Positions 53,181-64,000 of a stretch of DNA of 64,000 bases are shown here, piece after piece (positions within the stretch are counted from its first letter, which is position 1; each line of letters starts with the position of its first letter). This DNA is from Octopus vulgaris (taxonomy: Eukaryota): the NCBI GenBank assembly GCA_951406725.2, contig OX597818.1, positions 120,280,001 through 120,344,000 of the forward strand, given 5' to 3'. The notes below the pieces were generated by a model. The model was not told the DNA's origin, searched no databases, and saw only the letters and a program-made list of their open reading frames with translations. A program made the position numbers and the translations under genes.

Positions 53181-53817
53181 CTAGCAGTATCGCCCGGCGT
53201 TGCTCGGGTTTGTAAGGGAAATAACTATATAAGCATTTTTAGAGAGTTATAGCCAAAAAATAGCAAAAAATGCATTAAAAATGGAAAAAATATGATGGTA
53301 AATTTTTTTTTAAATCGTTGACTCATCGTAGACATTTTTAGAGAGTTACTTCCCTTATATAATAGCGAAAAAATGCATTAAAATGGACAAAAAACGATGG
53401 TAAATTTTTTTTTAAATCGTAGACTCATGTAGACGCTTTCTTAGCCATTTCTGTTTTGGTGTCTTGAAGCCATGAAGTCGTTGTTCTAAAAGAACACTGG
53501 TCTCCTTGACAACGCATTACGACGTTGATTTCCTTACACTTCCTTCCCCACAGGTGCAGATGTGAGCGTGGACGCCAACTCCGCCGCCATCGACACACGA
53601 AAAATTATGCATTAAAATGGAATAAAAAATGATGTTAAATTATTTTTAAAATCGTAGACTCATCGTAGACGCGCGCTAATATTCAGACGGGCTCGATATG
53701 AATCACGACTATAAGCTACCCGAATTTGGTTAAACTGTACCGCAAAATGTAGGAGTAGTTAGGAATCTAAATCGAAGGGGACAGACACTCACACAACTAC
53801 AGTTTTATATATATAGA
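53181..53817 (-). mobile_element. Non-autonomous Helitron
   Basis: Minus-strand 3' end CCCGAGCAACGCCGGGCGATACTGCTAG and 5' end TCTATATATATAAAAC; internal repeats of ATGCATTAAAATGG..AAATCGTAGACTCAT. Confidence 0.8.
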
Positions 53818-53837
53818 TATACATAGCGCAGTAGTGG

Positions 53838-54190
53838 TGAGATATGACAGCAAAGAAAAGCATACATTCACTCTCTGCATGCAATTAGACTCGGAAAGTT
53901 TGTGAGGAACCCATTGACCCAATTTGCTGACTTTTCCGATAGCACACAGGTGTCAATGAATGGTTGAATGACCAAATCCAAGCTTCTCTGCTAGTTCCTC
54001 AACAGTTACGATGATATTTTGTTCCACCAGGGTTTTCAGGATGTCCTTGTCGAGTTCTACAGATCTTTCAGGATGAGGCTCGTCTTCTAGGCTGTAGTTT
54101 ATGGCTCGGGATTTCTGGAACCACCATTGACACTGCCTTACGCTTATTGTCCAATCCCCATATACTGCATTAATATTTTTTGTACTTTGC
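53838..54190 (-). pseudogene. Mariner (Mos1/Hsmar-like) transposase N-terminal fragment
   Basis: INAVYGD..QWWFQK..SLEDEPH..TVEELAEKLGFGHSTIH, then HLCAIGKVSKLGQWVPHKL (WVPHEL motif). Confidence 0.9.
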
Positions 54191-54252
54191 ACACATTTAT
54201 ATTCTGTTATTCTTTTATATGTTTCAGCCTTGAGGTTGTGGCCATGCTGGAT

Positions 54253-54283
<31 letters not shown>

Positions 54284-54433
54284 CTGTCTGTCTGTCTGTC
54301 TGTATGTATATATGTATATGTATGTGTGTGAACAATAATATTTTCAACAGATGTGTTGCAAATGTATCTGATTGTTCTCAAGCTTCAATACTGTGTGTAT
54401 GTGTGTGTGTGTATGTATGTATGTGTATGTATG

Positions 54434-54464
<31 letters not shown>

Positions 54465-54531
54465 GTGTGTGTATGTATGTGTGTGTGTGTATGTATGTAT
54501 GTATGTATGTATGTGTGTGTGTATGTGTGTA

Positions 54532-54564
<33 letters not shown>

Positions 54565-54606
54565 ATGTATGTATGTATGTATGAGTGTATGTTTACTTTA
54601 TTACTA

Positions 54607-55550
54607 ATTACTCTCTTCCAAGAACATTTTCACTCACTCTTAGCTCTTAGCTTCCCATACATTTTACTCATGTATCTATCATCGTCATAGACAGAATACT
54701 TTCACTTTAGTCTTCCTCAAATCACTCTGTCCGCTATTTACTTTCATTTTATTCGTTGCCCACTGTGTGTGTGCGTTTGCGTGTGGTGTAAACCAGACTA
54801 AGAAAAGCATTTGACACACACACCAGAATGTGAGTTTTCTGTAAATTTTGCTTAATTGGAGTTTAAATTTTAAAAACTGGACCTGGCATGACGCGATGCA
54901 TTGTACTCTTAAAAATGCCAGGTAAATTGTAATTGAAGAAATCCTATATTGTAGATTTGTATAACTCCCAAAGGGAGGCAGATAAAATCTGCCTTTTATA
55001 ATAAGAGATTATAAAAGGCAGATTTTATCTGCCTCCCTTTGTAACTTATAGAAATCTACAATATAGGATTTCTTCAATTACAATTTACCTAGCATTTTTA
55101 AGAGTAGAATGCATCGGGTCATGCCAGGTCCAGTTTTTAAAATTTAAACTCCAATTATGCAAAATTTACAGAAAACTCACATTCTGGTGTGTATATCAAA
55201 TGCTTTTCTTAATGTGGTTTACACCACACGCACACGCACACACACACAGTGTGCAACGAATAAAATGAAAGTAAATAGCGACAGAGTGATTTGAGGAAGA
55301 CTAAACTGAAAGTATTTAAACCACTACTCAAAAAATAAAAAAACACAGCAAACAGAAACAAATAAATACATAACGATTTACTCCTCACACAATTTCTTCA
55401 ATTAGAGTTTACCTAAGATTTTTCAAAGTACTCCATTCGGTCATGCCATAATATATTTCTTTCAATTTCACCCCCAATTAAGACAAAATTCAAGAAAACT
55501 CAATATTTTAACATTTCACTCCGAAAGCATTGATGTACATGTGTGCGTGC

Positions 55551-55615
<65 letters not shown>

Positions 55616-57110
55616 ATGGGTTGTGCGACACAGAAAGTGTGGTGTGTAAGTGAAGTGCTTTTGTTAGTGTGTGTAAAGAGACAGACAGAGTGAAAGACAG
55701 AAATAACAACTTTTTTATTCACTTTTTGTAGTGAATGACTGAGAGAGAAAAGAGAGAGAGAGAGGTTATGTATGTATATATGTATGTATGGCTTCAGTGA
55801 CACACACACACAAAAACACATACCTACGTACACCTAAAGCACGCACACACACAAGCGGAGCGCGAACTTCAAAATTTTGGTAGTATTAATTTGCGAGCGT
55901 ACTTCTAAGCGCGCGTAATTGAAAGTTTTCACTATGATATCATCACGTGCGGAAAAATTCGAAGGGTTTTGAACAATTGAGATACACATGTCACGCCTGT
56001 ATTGAAACCATTGCTAAGCTGCCGTAATTGCTTAATTAAGACTTTGTTTAAATTGAAAGGAGCAAATATGTGACGAGGTTGAAAAAAAATACCCCAGAAA
56101 AAAATGTACTGCTGGTATTTATATAATTCACTACTATTTTGCTACAATGTCATGAAAAAGAAAAAATTTAGGTATGTAAATCGAATTCGCCACCCCCTTT
56201 TCCCCGTTCGCGTTTGTGTAAAAAAAATTATTATTTAAGTTTTAAAAATTATTTACTTTGTTCAAGAAATATTAATATTAATTAATTTTCAAGAATTATT
56301 TAATTTTATTCTGTAAAATAGTAATTAATTCATTTATCTGTAAATCCGCGAGGTTGTTACTCAGGCACCTAGAATGGTAACCTTCAACTAACACTATCTC
56401 CTCCGAGACCCTGCGGCGCAAGTTGACCAAAATTGAGAGTATGGTAGAAGAAGGGTTGCTCTTCCTTCCGTAGAACATAAAATTCAAATCGGACCATGTT
56501 AACACCAAAAATTATTTACATCAAAAAGATGCTTTTTTCTATGAAAATCCCTATTTTTTACGATTTTTTCACTGCTGTGTCGCCACTTTTCGGTGTATTT
56601 CGACCAGAAAAATGTTCAAAATTACAAAATTACAATTCCAGCGGGTCGAAACAAACCCGAGCAACGCCGGGCGATACTGCTAGTATATATATATCTCTTA
56701 TTATAAAAGGCAGATTTTATCTGCCTCCCTTTGTCAGTTATAGAAATCTACAATATAGGATTTCTTCAATTACAATTTACCTAGCATTTTTAAGAGTAGA
56801 ATGCATCGGGTTTTGCCAGGTCCAGTTTTTAAAATTTAAACTCCAATTAAGCAAAATTTACAGAAAACTCACATTCTGGTGTGTATGTCAAATGCTTTTC
56901 TTAGTCTGGTTTACAGCACACGCAAACGCACACACACAGTGTGCAACGAATAAAGTGAAACTAGATGTAATATTTGTTTCTGTCTATCACGCTGATAGAT
57001 ACATGAGTAAAATGTATGGCAAGCTAACAGATAAGAGTGAGTGAAAATGTTCTTGGAAGAGAGTAAATAAGCGACAGAGTGATTTGAGGAAGACTAAACT
57101 GAAAGTATGA
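54607..57110. mobile_element. Helitron array: inverted 5' fragment (54607-55008), complete 1.7-kb unit (55008-56683), and a tandem 5' fragment (56694-~57110)
   Basis: Shared 5' TCTCTTATTATAAAAGGCAG; 3' hairpin plus CTAG at 56656-56683. Confidence 0.85.
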
Positions 57111-57431
57111 AACAGTGTTTATGTATAAACAGACGACACTTATATAAACCCTTTCGTTACCAAACCGCCCGAATTTACCTATTCATATTTAAATGAGAAT
57201 ATCAGAGTAAATCTCTTTAGTACATTCGTGAAAACACGTATTATTCTTCGTAAACACTTCAAATACAGTTTTGTACAAAAATCGAAGTGTAATTTTAATT
57301 CCGTGAATTATGGGAGATTTTTTTCCGAAATTTGTTCCTATTGTGTTTTCAAAATTTGTAATTCTGACAAAAAATGGATACGAATTTCATTATATCAAGC
57401 AGCGAGTCAGAATTCGAAGGATTTTCTACTG

Positions 57432-57810
57432 ACAGAATCTTTAGCACGCCGGGCGAAATGCTTAGCGGTATTTCGCCTGCAGCTACTGTTCTGAGTTCAA
57501 ATTCCGCCGAGGTCGACTTTGCCTTTCATCATTTCGGGGTCGATTAAATAAGTACCAGTTACGCAGTGGGGTCGATTTAATCGACTTAATCCGTTTGTCT
57601 GTCCTTGTTTTTCCTCTCTGTGTTTAGCCTCTTGTGGGTAGTAAAGAAATAGGTATTTACGTGTTGAGTCTAAATTCTGCCTAGGTCGACTTTGCTTTTC
57701 GTCCTTTCGGGGTCGATAAATTAAGTACTAGTTGCGTCCTGGGGTCAATCTAATCGACTGGCATCCTCCCCCAAAATTTCGGGCCTTGTGCCTCGGGTAG
57801 AAAAGATTAT
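57432..57810 (+). mobile_element. SINE B plus a second headless unit with the alternative tail
   Basis: Same architecture as 21857-22240. Confidence 0.8.
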
Positions 57811-58097
57811 GGTACATTTCGGTGTAGAATCTGCATTAAACATTGCGTCATAGATATCCGAGTTCACTGCCGAAAAAGCACTGGAGTTAATGCTGTATAA
57901 TTAGTATTATACAAAATACGTCACACAATTTCTTATATAAGTAACTCTATAAGCATTTAGCGGTATAATTCACTATAATTAACATATCGTTGAATAGGTG
58001 TTACCAGAAAATAATGCTTCATCAGACTACATTCCTACGCCTAGAGTAGAAAAGAATTATTATCATTATTATTATTATCATCATCATCATCATCATC

Positions 58098-58148
<51 letters not shown>

Positions 58149-58261
58149 ATCATCATCATCATCATCATCATCATCATTATTATTATTATTGTTATTATTA
58201 TTATTATTCTCATTATTATTATTATTATTACTACTACTACTACTACTACAACTACTACTAC

Positions 58262-58875
58262 CAAGGAAGAGGAAGCACTTGCCTAAGTCTTCTGGGAATT
58301 CTTGATTTACTGTGCGACTTGCACGGTTTTCCCTTGGGAGTTTCCCCACTACTGAGGAATTGTATTTGTTTAATTTTATTGTTACTATTATTTATTGTCT
58401 TTGCACAGATTCTGTCGCTGGAGATGTACTACGGTGTCAGCTGTTCACTACCAGTGAACTAAGGTAACACTCCTTATTTTCGAGCACCATCCGGAGTATT
58501 CGAGCGGTTCCTAGCAGTGCTGTTTTCTGCAAGTGCTCTACCCTTATTGCAGCCCCTATTTGTTCCATTTACGTCTCAAGATTTTTACTTACTCTTCCTA
58601 GGGCTCCGACAATTATTGGTACTACTACCACATTTTTCAACGACTACAACTGCTTAACCTCCCAAGCTAACCTGTCATATCTATCGACTTTTCTTTCTTC
58701 TTTATCGCATACCTTGTTGTCAGCTGAGCATGCTATATCTATGACCCAGCATCGTTTGCTTTCTTTCTTGATTAACACTGTGTCTGGTTTCCTGTTCTCA
58801 ATCTCATGGTCGCACTGGATCATAAAATCCCATAGGATCTTTGCATTATCATTTTCGATGATGCCATCGGGTTCA
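58262..58875 (-). mobile_element. 5'-truncated R4/Dong-clade LINE (restriction-like endonuclease domain plus 3' UTR) within (TAA)n
   Basis: EPDGIIENDNAKILWDFMIQCDHEIENRKPD..WVIDIAC..K..RY; microsatellite on both sides. Confidence 0.9.
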
Positions 58876-58893
58876 TTATTATTATTATTATTA

Positions 58894-58981
<88 letters not shown>

Positions 58982-59940
58982 TACTACTACTACTACTTAA
59001 AGTCCAGAAATACACAGTCCAGCGATGTATAACCAAATGGAAGGTTTTGTTCGGTAATATTTAATGTGCATCGTTATCTAGCTATTGCGCCAAAGGAATT
59101 GGGAAAGAAGGTGAAAACGTTTGTTAAAGACTGTATCAGGAATGGAGAGAAGGAACTTTGTGGCAACGGAATAAAGAATTTGTAACCAAGCAAGAGAGTC
59201 ATTAGGAAAAACAGATCGTAGAACGAGTTAGATAGAGCCTGGAGAAATAAGGAGAAGGGTGCTTTTCGATATGGAACGGATAAAGAACAAGAAACAGATG
59301 ATGAACAAATAGATAAAAGGCACTGTAGCGTAATATCAAAGTAAAGAGATATACTTATGAATAGTAATAACACATTAAGTGAAGATGATTAAAAGATAGT
59401 CGCGTAGAGAGTTGATGTTATGAAAACAATGACTTTGGTGTTTACAGATCTTACAAAAACGTTGAATGCGGTTACATTAAATGAGATTACAAAGAAGATA
59501 GATTGAGTTATCAATCATATTATCACCCACAAAGTAACAGAAACAAACAATTTGTTAAGAACTGCAAGAACATACTGAGCGATATAAGCCTGGAGGAGAG
59601 AAGGAAGTACGGTAAAAAGAATCATGGTGAAAAATAAGAATGTTAGTGAAGACAGAGGGGAAATAAAAAATGATATTGAAGATAGAGGTAATAAAAGGAA
59701 GAATTGCTGTTTTAGAAATATAAAAAATAAACCAGAAAGATCGATTCAAATCAATGGGAAATGTTGTGAAGTTGATAGGAAGTATAACACAATCAATATA
59801 AATGTATAAAGGGTCTAACAATGGTTATAGAGGAATTAAACTAATTACAAAAACAGTTGAGGTGAAACAGTATGAATAACCAATAAATCAGAATAGGCCA
59901 AAGTATGTGTTTCATCGTGGACTTAGGAAAAAACTCAATA

Positions 59941-60161
59941 CCTATTTCTTTACTACCCACAAGGGGCTATACGCAGAGGGGACAAACAAGGAAAGACAAA
60001 GGGATTAAGTCGATTACCTCGACCCCAGTGCGTAACTGGTACTTAACTTACCGACCTCGAAAGGATGAAAGGCAAACATTTGAATTCAGAACGTAACGGC
60101 AGACGAAATACGGCTACGCATTTCGCCCGGCGTGCTAACGTTTCTGCCAGCTCGCTGCCTT
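59941..60161 (-). mobile_element. SINE family B
   Basis: TSD GAAAAAACTCAATACC. Confidence 0.9.
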
Positions 60162-61059
60162 GAAAAAACTCAATACCATGAGTTGAACGAAACTATTTGA
60201 TATGTAGGGGCGATTTCTGATGTAGAAGTAAGTAATAGGGTTCAAATAGTATTTGAGGACAGGAAAAAGAGCATGATGTGTAGGTTGAACGGCAAACAGA
60301 ATTAAAGCAGAAAATTGTAATTACAACTAAAAACGATGAACAATTGAAAAGATGATGGTTAGTAAACGATGCAGAAGAATCCCCAACTGGAAGGTGGTTG
60401 TGTCCGATAGTTTTGAAGGTTAATGGATAAAGAAAGAGAGGACATGGTACGAAAAATATTGTCTTAAAGATAGATAGCGTATTAAATAACTAGCGGGACC
60501 CGTGAATATTTCACAGAATTAATGGTAAACTTTTTGGATTATTTCCGAAAACTGCATCCAAAAAACCTGAAAGCGTAGCTGTGTTGTATCTACTAATCAT
60601 TGAAAAGTGAAGGAAATTGGAATATGATAATTACTTAATGCACTTTATATATATATACACTTTATATACTTTATACACAATTTTATGGACTTAATACACA
60701 ACACTCTCCCTCTTTCTTTCTCACTCTTCGCCTCGCCCTCTTTTTCTCTCTCCTTTTTCTTTCGCCCTTCGTCTTTCCCTTCAATTAATCATGTGAAATC
60801 GTTAAAGACGGGCTAAGTAACGGAGAAAAAGAAACTTAATTAAAAAGGAAATTACATATTTCCCTCATCACCACCTCTCCCTCATCCTCCCTATCTCCCT
60901 ACACCTATCTCCAATCCTTTCCTCGTTTCTCTCCTCCCCTCCCCTTCCTCACCCTCTTCCCCACCCCCTTCAATTAATTTCATGGAAGCATTACGGAAGG
61001 GCTAAGTAACGAAGGAACAAACAAGTATTATAAGTATTATAAAAGTATTTCTTTTATAT

Positions 61060-61267
61060 TTTATTTTTTTACTTATTTCAGCTATTGGCCATGCTGGGGG
61101 TAGTGCCTTGAATCGGGCTAGTGCTTATTTAAGGTCTGATACTTATTTTATCGGCCTCTTTTGCCAAACCACTAAGTTATGAGGACGTAAACAAACCAAC
61201 ACCAGCTGTCATGCTAGGAGGGGACAAACACACAAAGTCAAAGACCAACTCTCACACACACATTGTA

Positions 61268-61342
<75 letters not shown>

Positions 61343-61490
61343 TACAGGCTTCCACATGGTTTCCATCTAATAAATCCACTCCCAAAGCATTGGTCAACTT
61401 GGGGCTATAAGTAGAAGACATTTGTCGAAGGTGCCGTCTAATGGGGGGACCGAACATGAAACCACGCGGTTGCAAAAGCGAGCTTACAAA
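61060..61490 (-). mobile_element. Diverged SINE family A
   Basis: Collinear with the consensus. Confidence 0.7.
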
Positions 61491-61696
61491 TGAAGTACTA
61501 TAAAATTGCACATACAGTGTTCATTGTGAAGTTTGAAACTATATAGATAGGACAGTGCGGATAGGTGAGACGAACATCAACCAAATGGAGTGGAAGAAAA
61601 TTAGAATGTGGACTTTTTATGGGATTTCAACATTGAATGTAATTAAGAGAGCTAATTTAGCTAAGGTGCCAGACATTGTTATCACCGCCAAATGAA

Positions 61697-61862
<166 letters not shown>

Positions 61863-62011
61863 ATCCTTTCTGTTATAGGTTCAAGGGGCCTGAAATTTGG
61901 GTGGGATGGGGGTTAAGTCGGTTACATCGACCCCAGTGCGTAGCTGGTACTTATTTAATCGATTCCGAAAGAATGAAAGACAAAGTCGACCACCTCGCTA
62001 ACTACTGCTGT

Positions 62012-62099
<88 letters not shown>

Positions 62100-62103
<4 letters not shown>

Positions 62104-62321
62104 TTTGTACTCTAGGCACAAGACCCGAAATTTTTTTGTGGGGGGAAGGGGGCCAGTCTATTAGCTCGACACCAGTACGCAACTGGTACTTAATTTATCG
62201 ACCCCCAAAAGGATGAAAGGCAAAGTCGACCTCGGCGGAATTTGAAATCAGGACGTAAAGACAGACGAAATAGCACTAAGCATTTCGTCCAGCGTGCTAA
62301 CGTTTCTGCCAACACGCCGCC

Positions 62322-62322
<1 letters not shown>
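62100..62322 (-). mobile_element. SINE B variant (alternative tail) within (TAA)n
   Basis: Head reverse complement ..CGCCGCCTT; tail TCTAGGCACAAG. Confidence 0.8.
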
Positions 62323-62393
<71 letters not shown>

Positions 62394-62416
62394 TTGATGA
62401 TGATGATGATGATAAT

Positions 62417-62472
<56 letters not shown>

Positions 62473-62485
62473 TAATAATAATAAT

Positions 62486-64000
62486 AAGATCAACTAATGA
62501 TTAATAAAGCCGTAACTGAAGACAGCCACAGAAAGAAGAAAGGCCTCAGTATGGCCTGGATCGACTACAAAAAGGCGTTTTATAGCATCCCCCCACACAT
62601 GGATCCTCGAAACACTAGCCATTAACAAAGTAGCACCAACAATTATAAAATTCATAGGGCTCTCTATGAATAAATGGCAAACAGTGCTACACCTCCAAAC
62701 AAAAGAGGGACTCATGAAAACCAAACCATCCCCATTAGAAGAGGCATATTCCAGGGAGACACGCTCTCTCCACTCCTTTTCTGCTTGGCACTGTCACCTC
62801 TATCTGATATGCTAAATAGAACTGGATGCGGATATAAATGTTACGGCAAAACGATCGGCTACCTTTTATATATGGATGACCTAAAACTATACGCTGCAAA
62901 TGACAAACAGCTGGAAACACTATTAAAGACAGTTCATGGATTTACCAAAGAAATAGATATGAAATTTGGATTAGAAAAATGCGACAAAGTAACCATGAAA
63001 AGAGGAAAACTAGTTAAGAGTAGCAACATCACACTAGATAAAACCAATGAAATAAAAGAATTAGACCAAAGCCAAACTTACAAATCCTTAGGAATCCATG
63101 AACTAGATAAGACACAACACACACAAATGAATGAGAAAATAAAAAAAGAATATTATAGACGAGTTAGATCAATACTAAAAACAGAGCTCAATGCTAAAAA
63201 CAAGATAATAGGTATTAACACTTTAGCTGTCCCAGTTATAAGTTACAGCTACAATATCCTTAACTGGACACTAAATGAACTGACCAAAATAGATAGGAAA
63301 ACAAGAAAAATAATGACAGGATCTAGGAAGCATCACCCAAAATCTGACATAGAAAGACTATATATACAACGTATAGAAGGTGGTAGAGGCCTTATACAGC
63401 TGGAAAACTACTATAAAATAACCACCATAGGACTGCAAAAATATCTACTCCAGAAGGAAGGAAAACTGATACAAATAGCGGCAAAACACGAGCAAAACAA
63501 AAAACTGTTCTCAGTATTTAAGGAAGCTGACTAATACAAACAAGAAATCATACCACCTAATAAATATGAAGAAGAAGAAGAAGAAGAAGAAGAAGAAGAA
63601 GAAGAAGAAGAAGAAGAAGAAGAAGAAGAAGAAGAAGAAGAAACAACAAAAGCTATAAAACAAATGAAATCGAAACTAAAAATAGAACAGCAACGAACCA
63701 TGATAAAACGATGGCAAGAAAAGCCCCTTCATGGCAAATACTGGACTAAACTAAATTTTAAAAAAATAGACAAAGAAAAATCCCAGCAATGGTTGAGAAG
63801 CTCAGGACTCAAAGCAGAGACAGAGGGATTTTTAATTGAAGCACAAGACCAAAGCCTCCCCACCAGAAATTACCAAAAACATGTAATGAAAAGAAATATA
63901 ACAAGTAACTGCAGAATATGTGGAGATGGACAAGAAACAATAAATCATATTATCTCTAGCTGCCCAGTCCTGGCTAAGAAGGAATATATTCACAGACATG
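62486..64000 (+). pseudogene. 5'-truncated R4/Dong-clade non-LTR retrotransposon (RT, thumb, CCHC zinc knuckle); disabled; continues beyond the window
   Basis: AWIDYKKAF, GIFQGDTLSPLLF, YMDDLKLY, KFGLEKC, GGRGL, KPLHG, AQDQSL, CRICGDGQETINHIISSC; two early frameshifts and an in-frame stop at 63532-63534; begins directly after (TAA)n. Confidence 0.92.

Larger units (their letters stand above)
59050..61690 (+). pseudogene. Old, heavily deleted R4/Dong-like LINE with SINE and Helitron-like insertions
   Basis: Collinear decayed motifs VTETNNLL, VIEEL, CRRIPNWK..G*WIK, EHQPNGVEEN, WDFNIEC and PDIV. Confidence 0.6.

Noticed and set aside
62674-63534. 286-aa RT ORF as an active or domesticated gene
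   Set aside because: Part of a 5'-truncated LINE with frameshifts and an in-frame stop

Overview
AT-rich, microsatellite-dense eukaryotic DNA with no host protein-coding gene I can support; essentially all six-frame ORFs are microsatellite or SINE artefacts. The repeat complement (tRNA-derived SINE families, (TAA)n-embedded R4/Dong LINEs, Penelope remnants, Helitron derivatives) points to an octopus/coleoid cephalopod intron or intergenic region; this is inferred from recalled repeat families, not from a search. Contents: a ~166-bp satellite derived from a SINE head (1-1352); dozens of SINE copies from about five families; decayed hAT/Charlie, mariner, RTE, CR1, L1/Tx1, Penelope, Mag/Gypsy and R4/Dong fragments; several MITEs and non-autonomous Helitrons. 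Most interesting observations: (1) a TIR element family, two copies carrying telomeric repeats, whose three copies have flanking duplications of 8, 37 and 215 bp, one of them with an inverted capture of its own flank; (2) a SINE copy with a local A-to-G cluster in ADAR context, possibly a fossil of RNA hyper-editing; (3) minimal Penelope-type hammerhead ribozymes, two with a U3-A8 core covariation; (4) a head-to-head plus head-to-tail Helitron array; (5) modular head/tail shuffling among SINEs. Family assignments were made by eye from recalled motifs; coordinates of degraded fragments are approximate.
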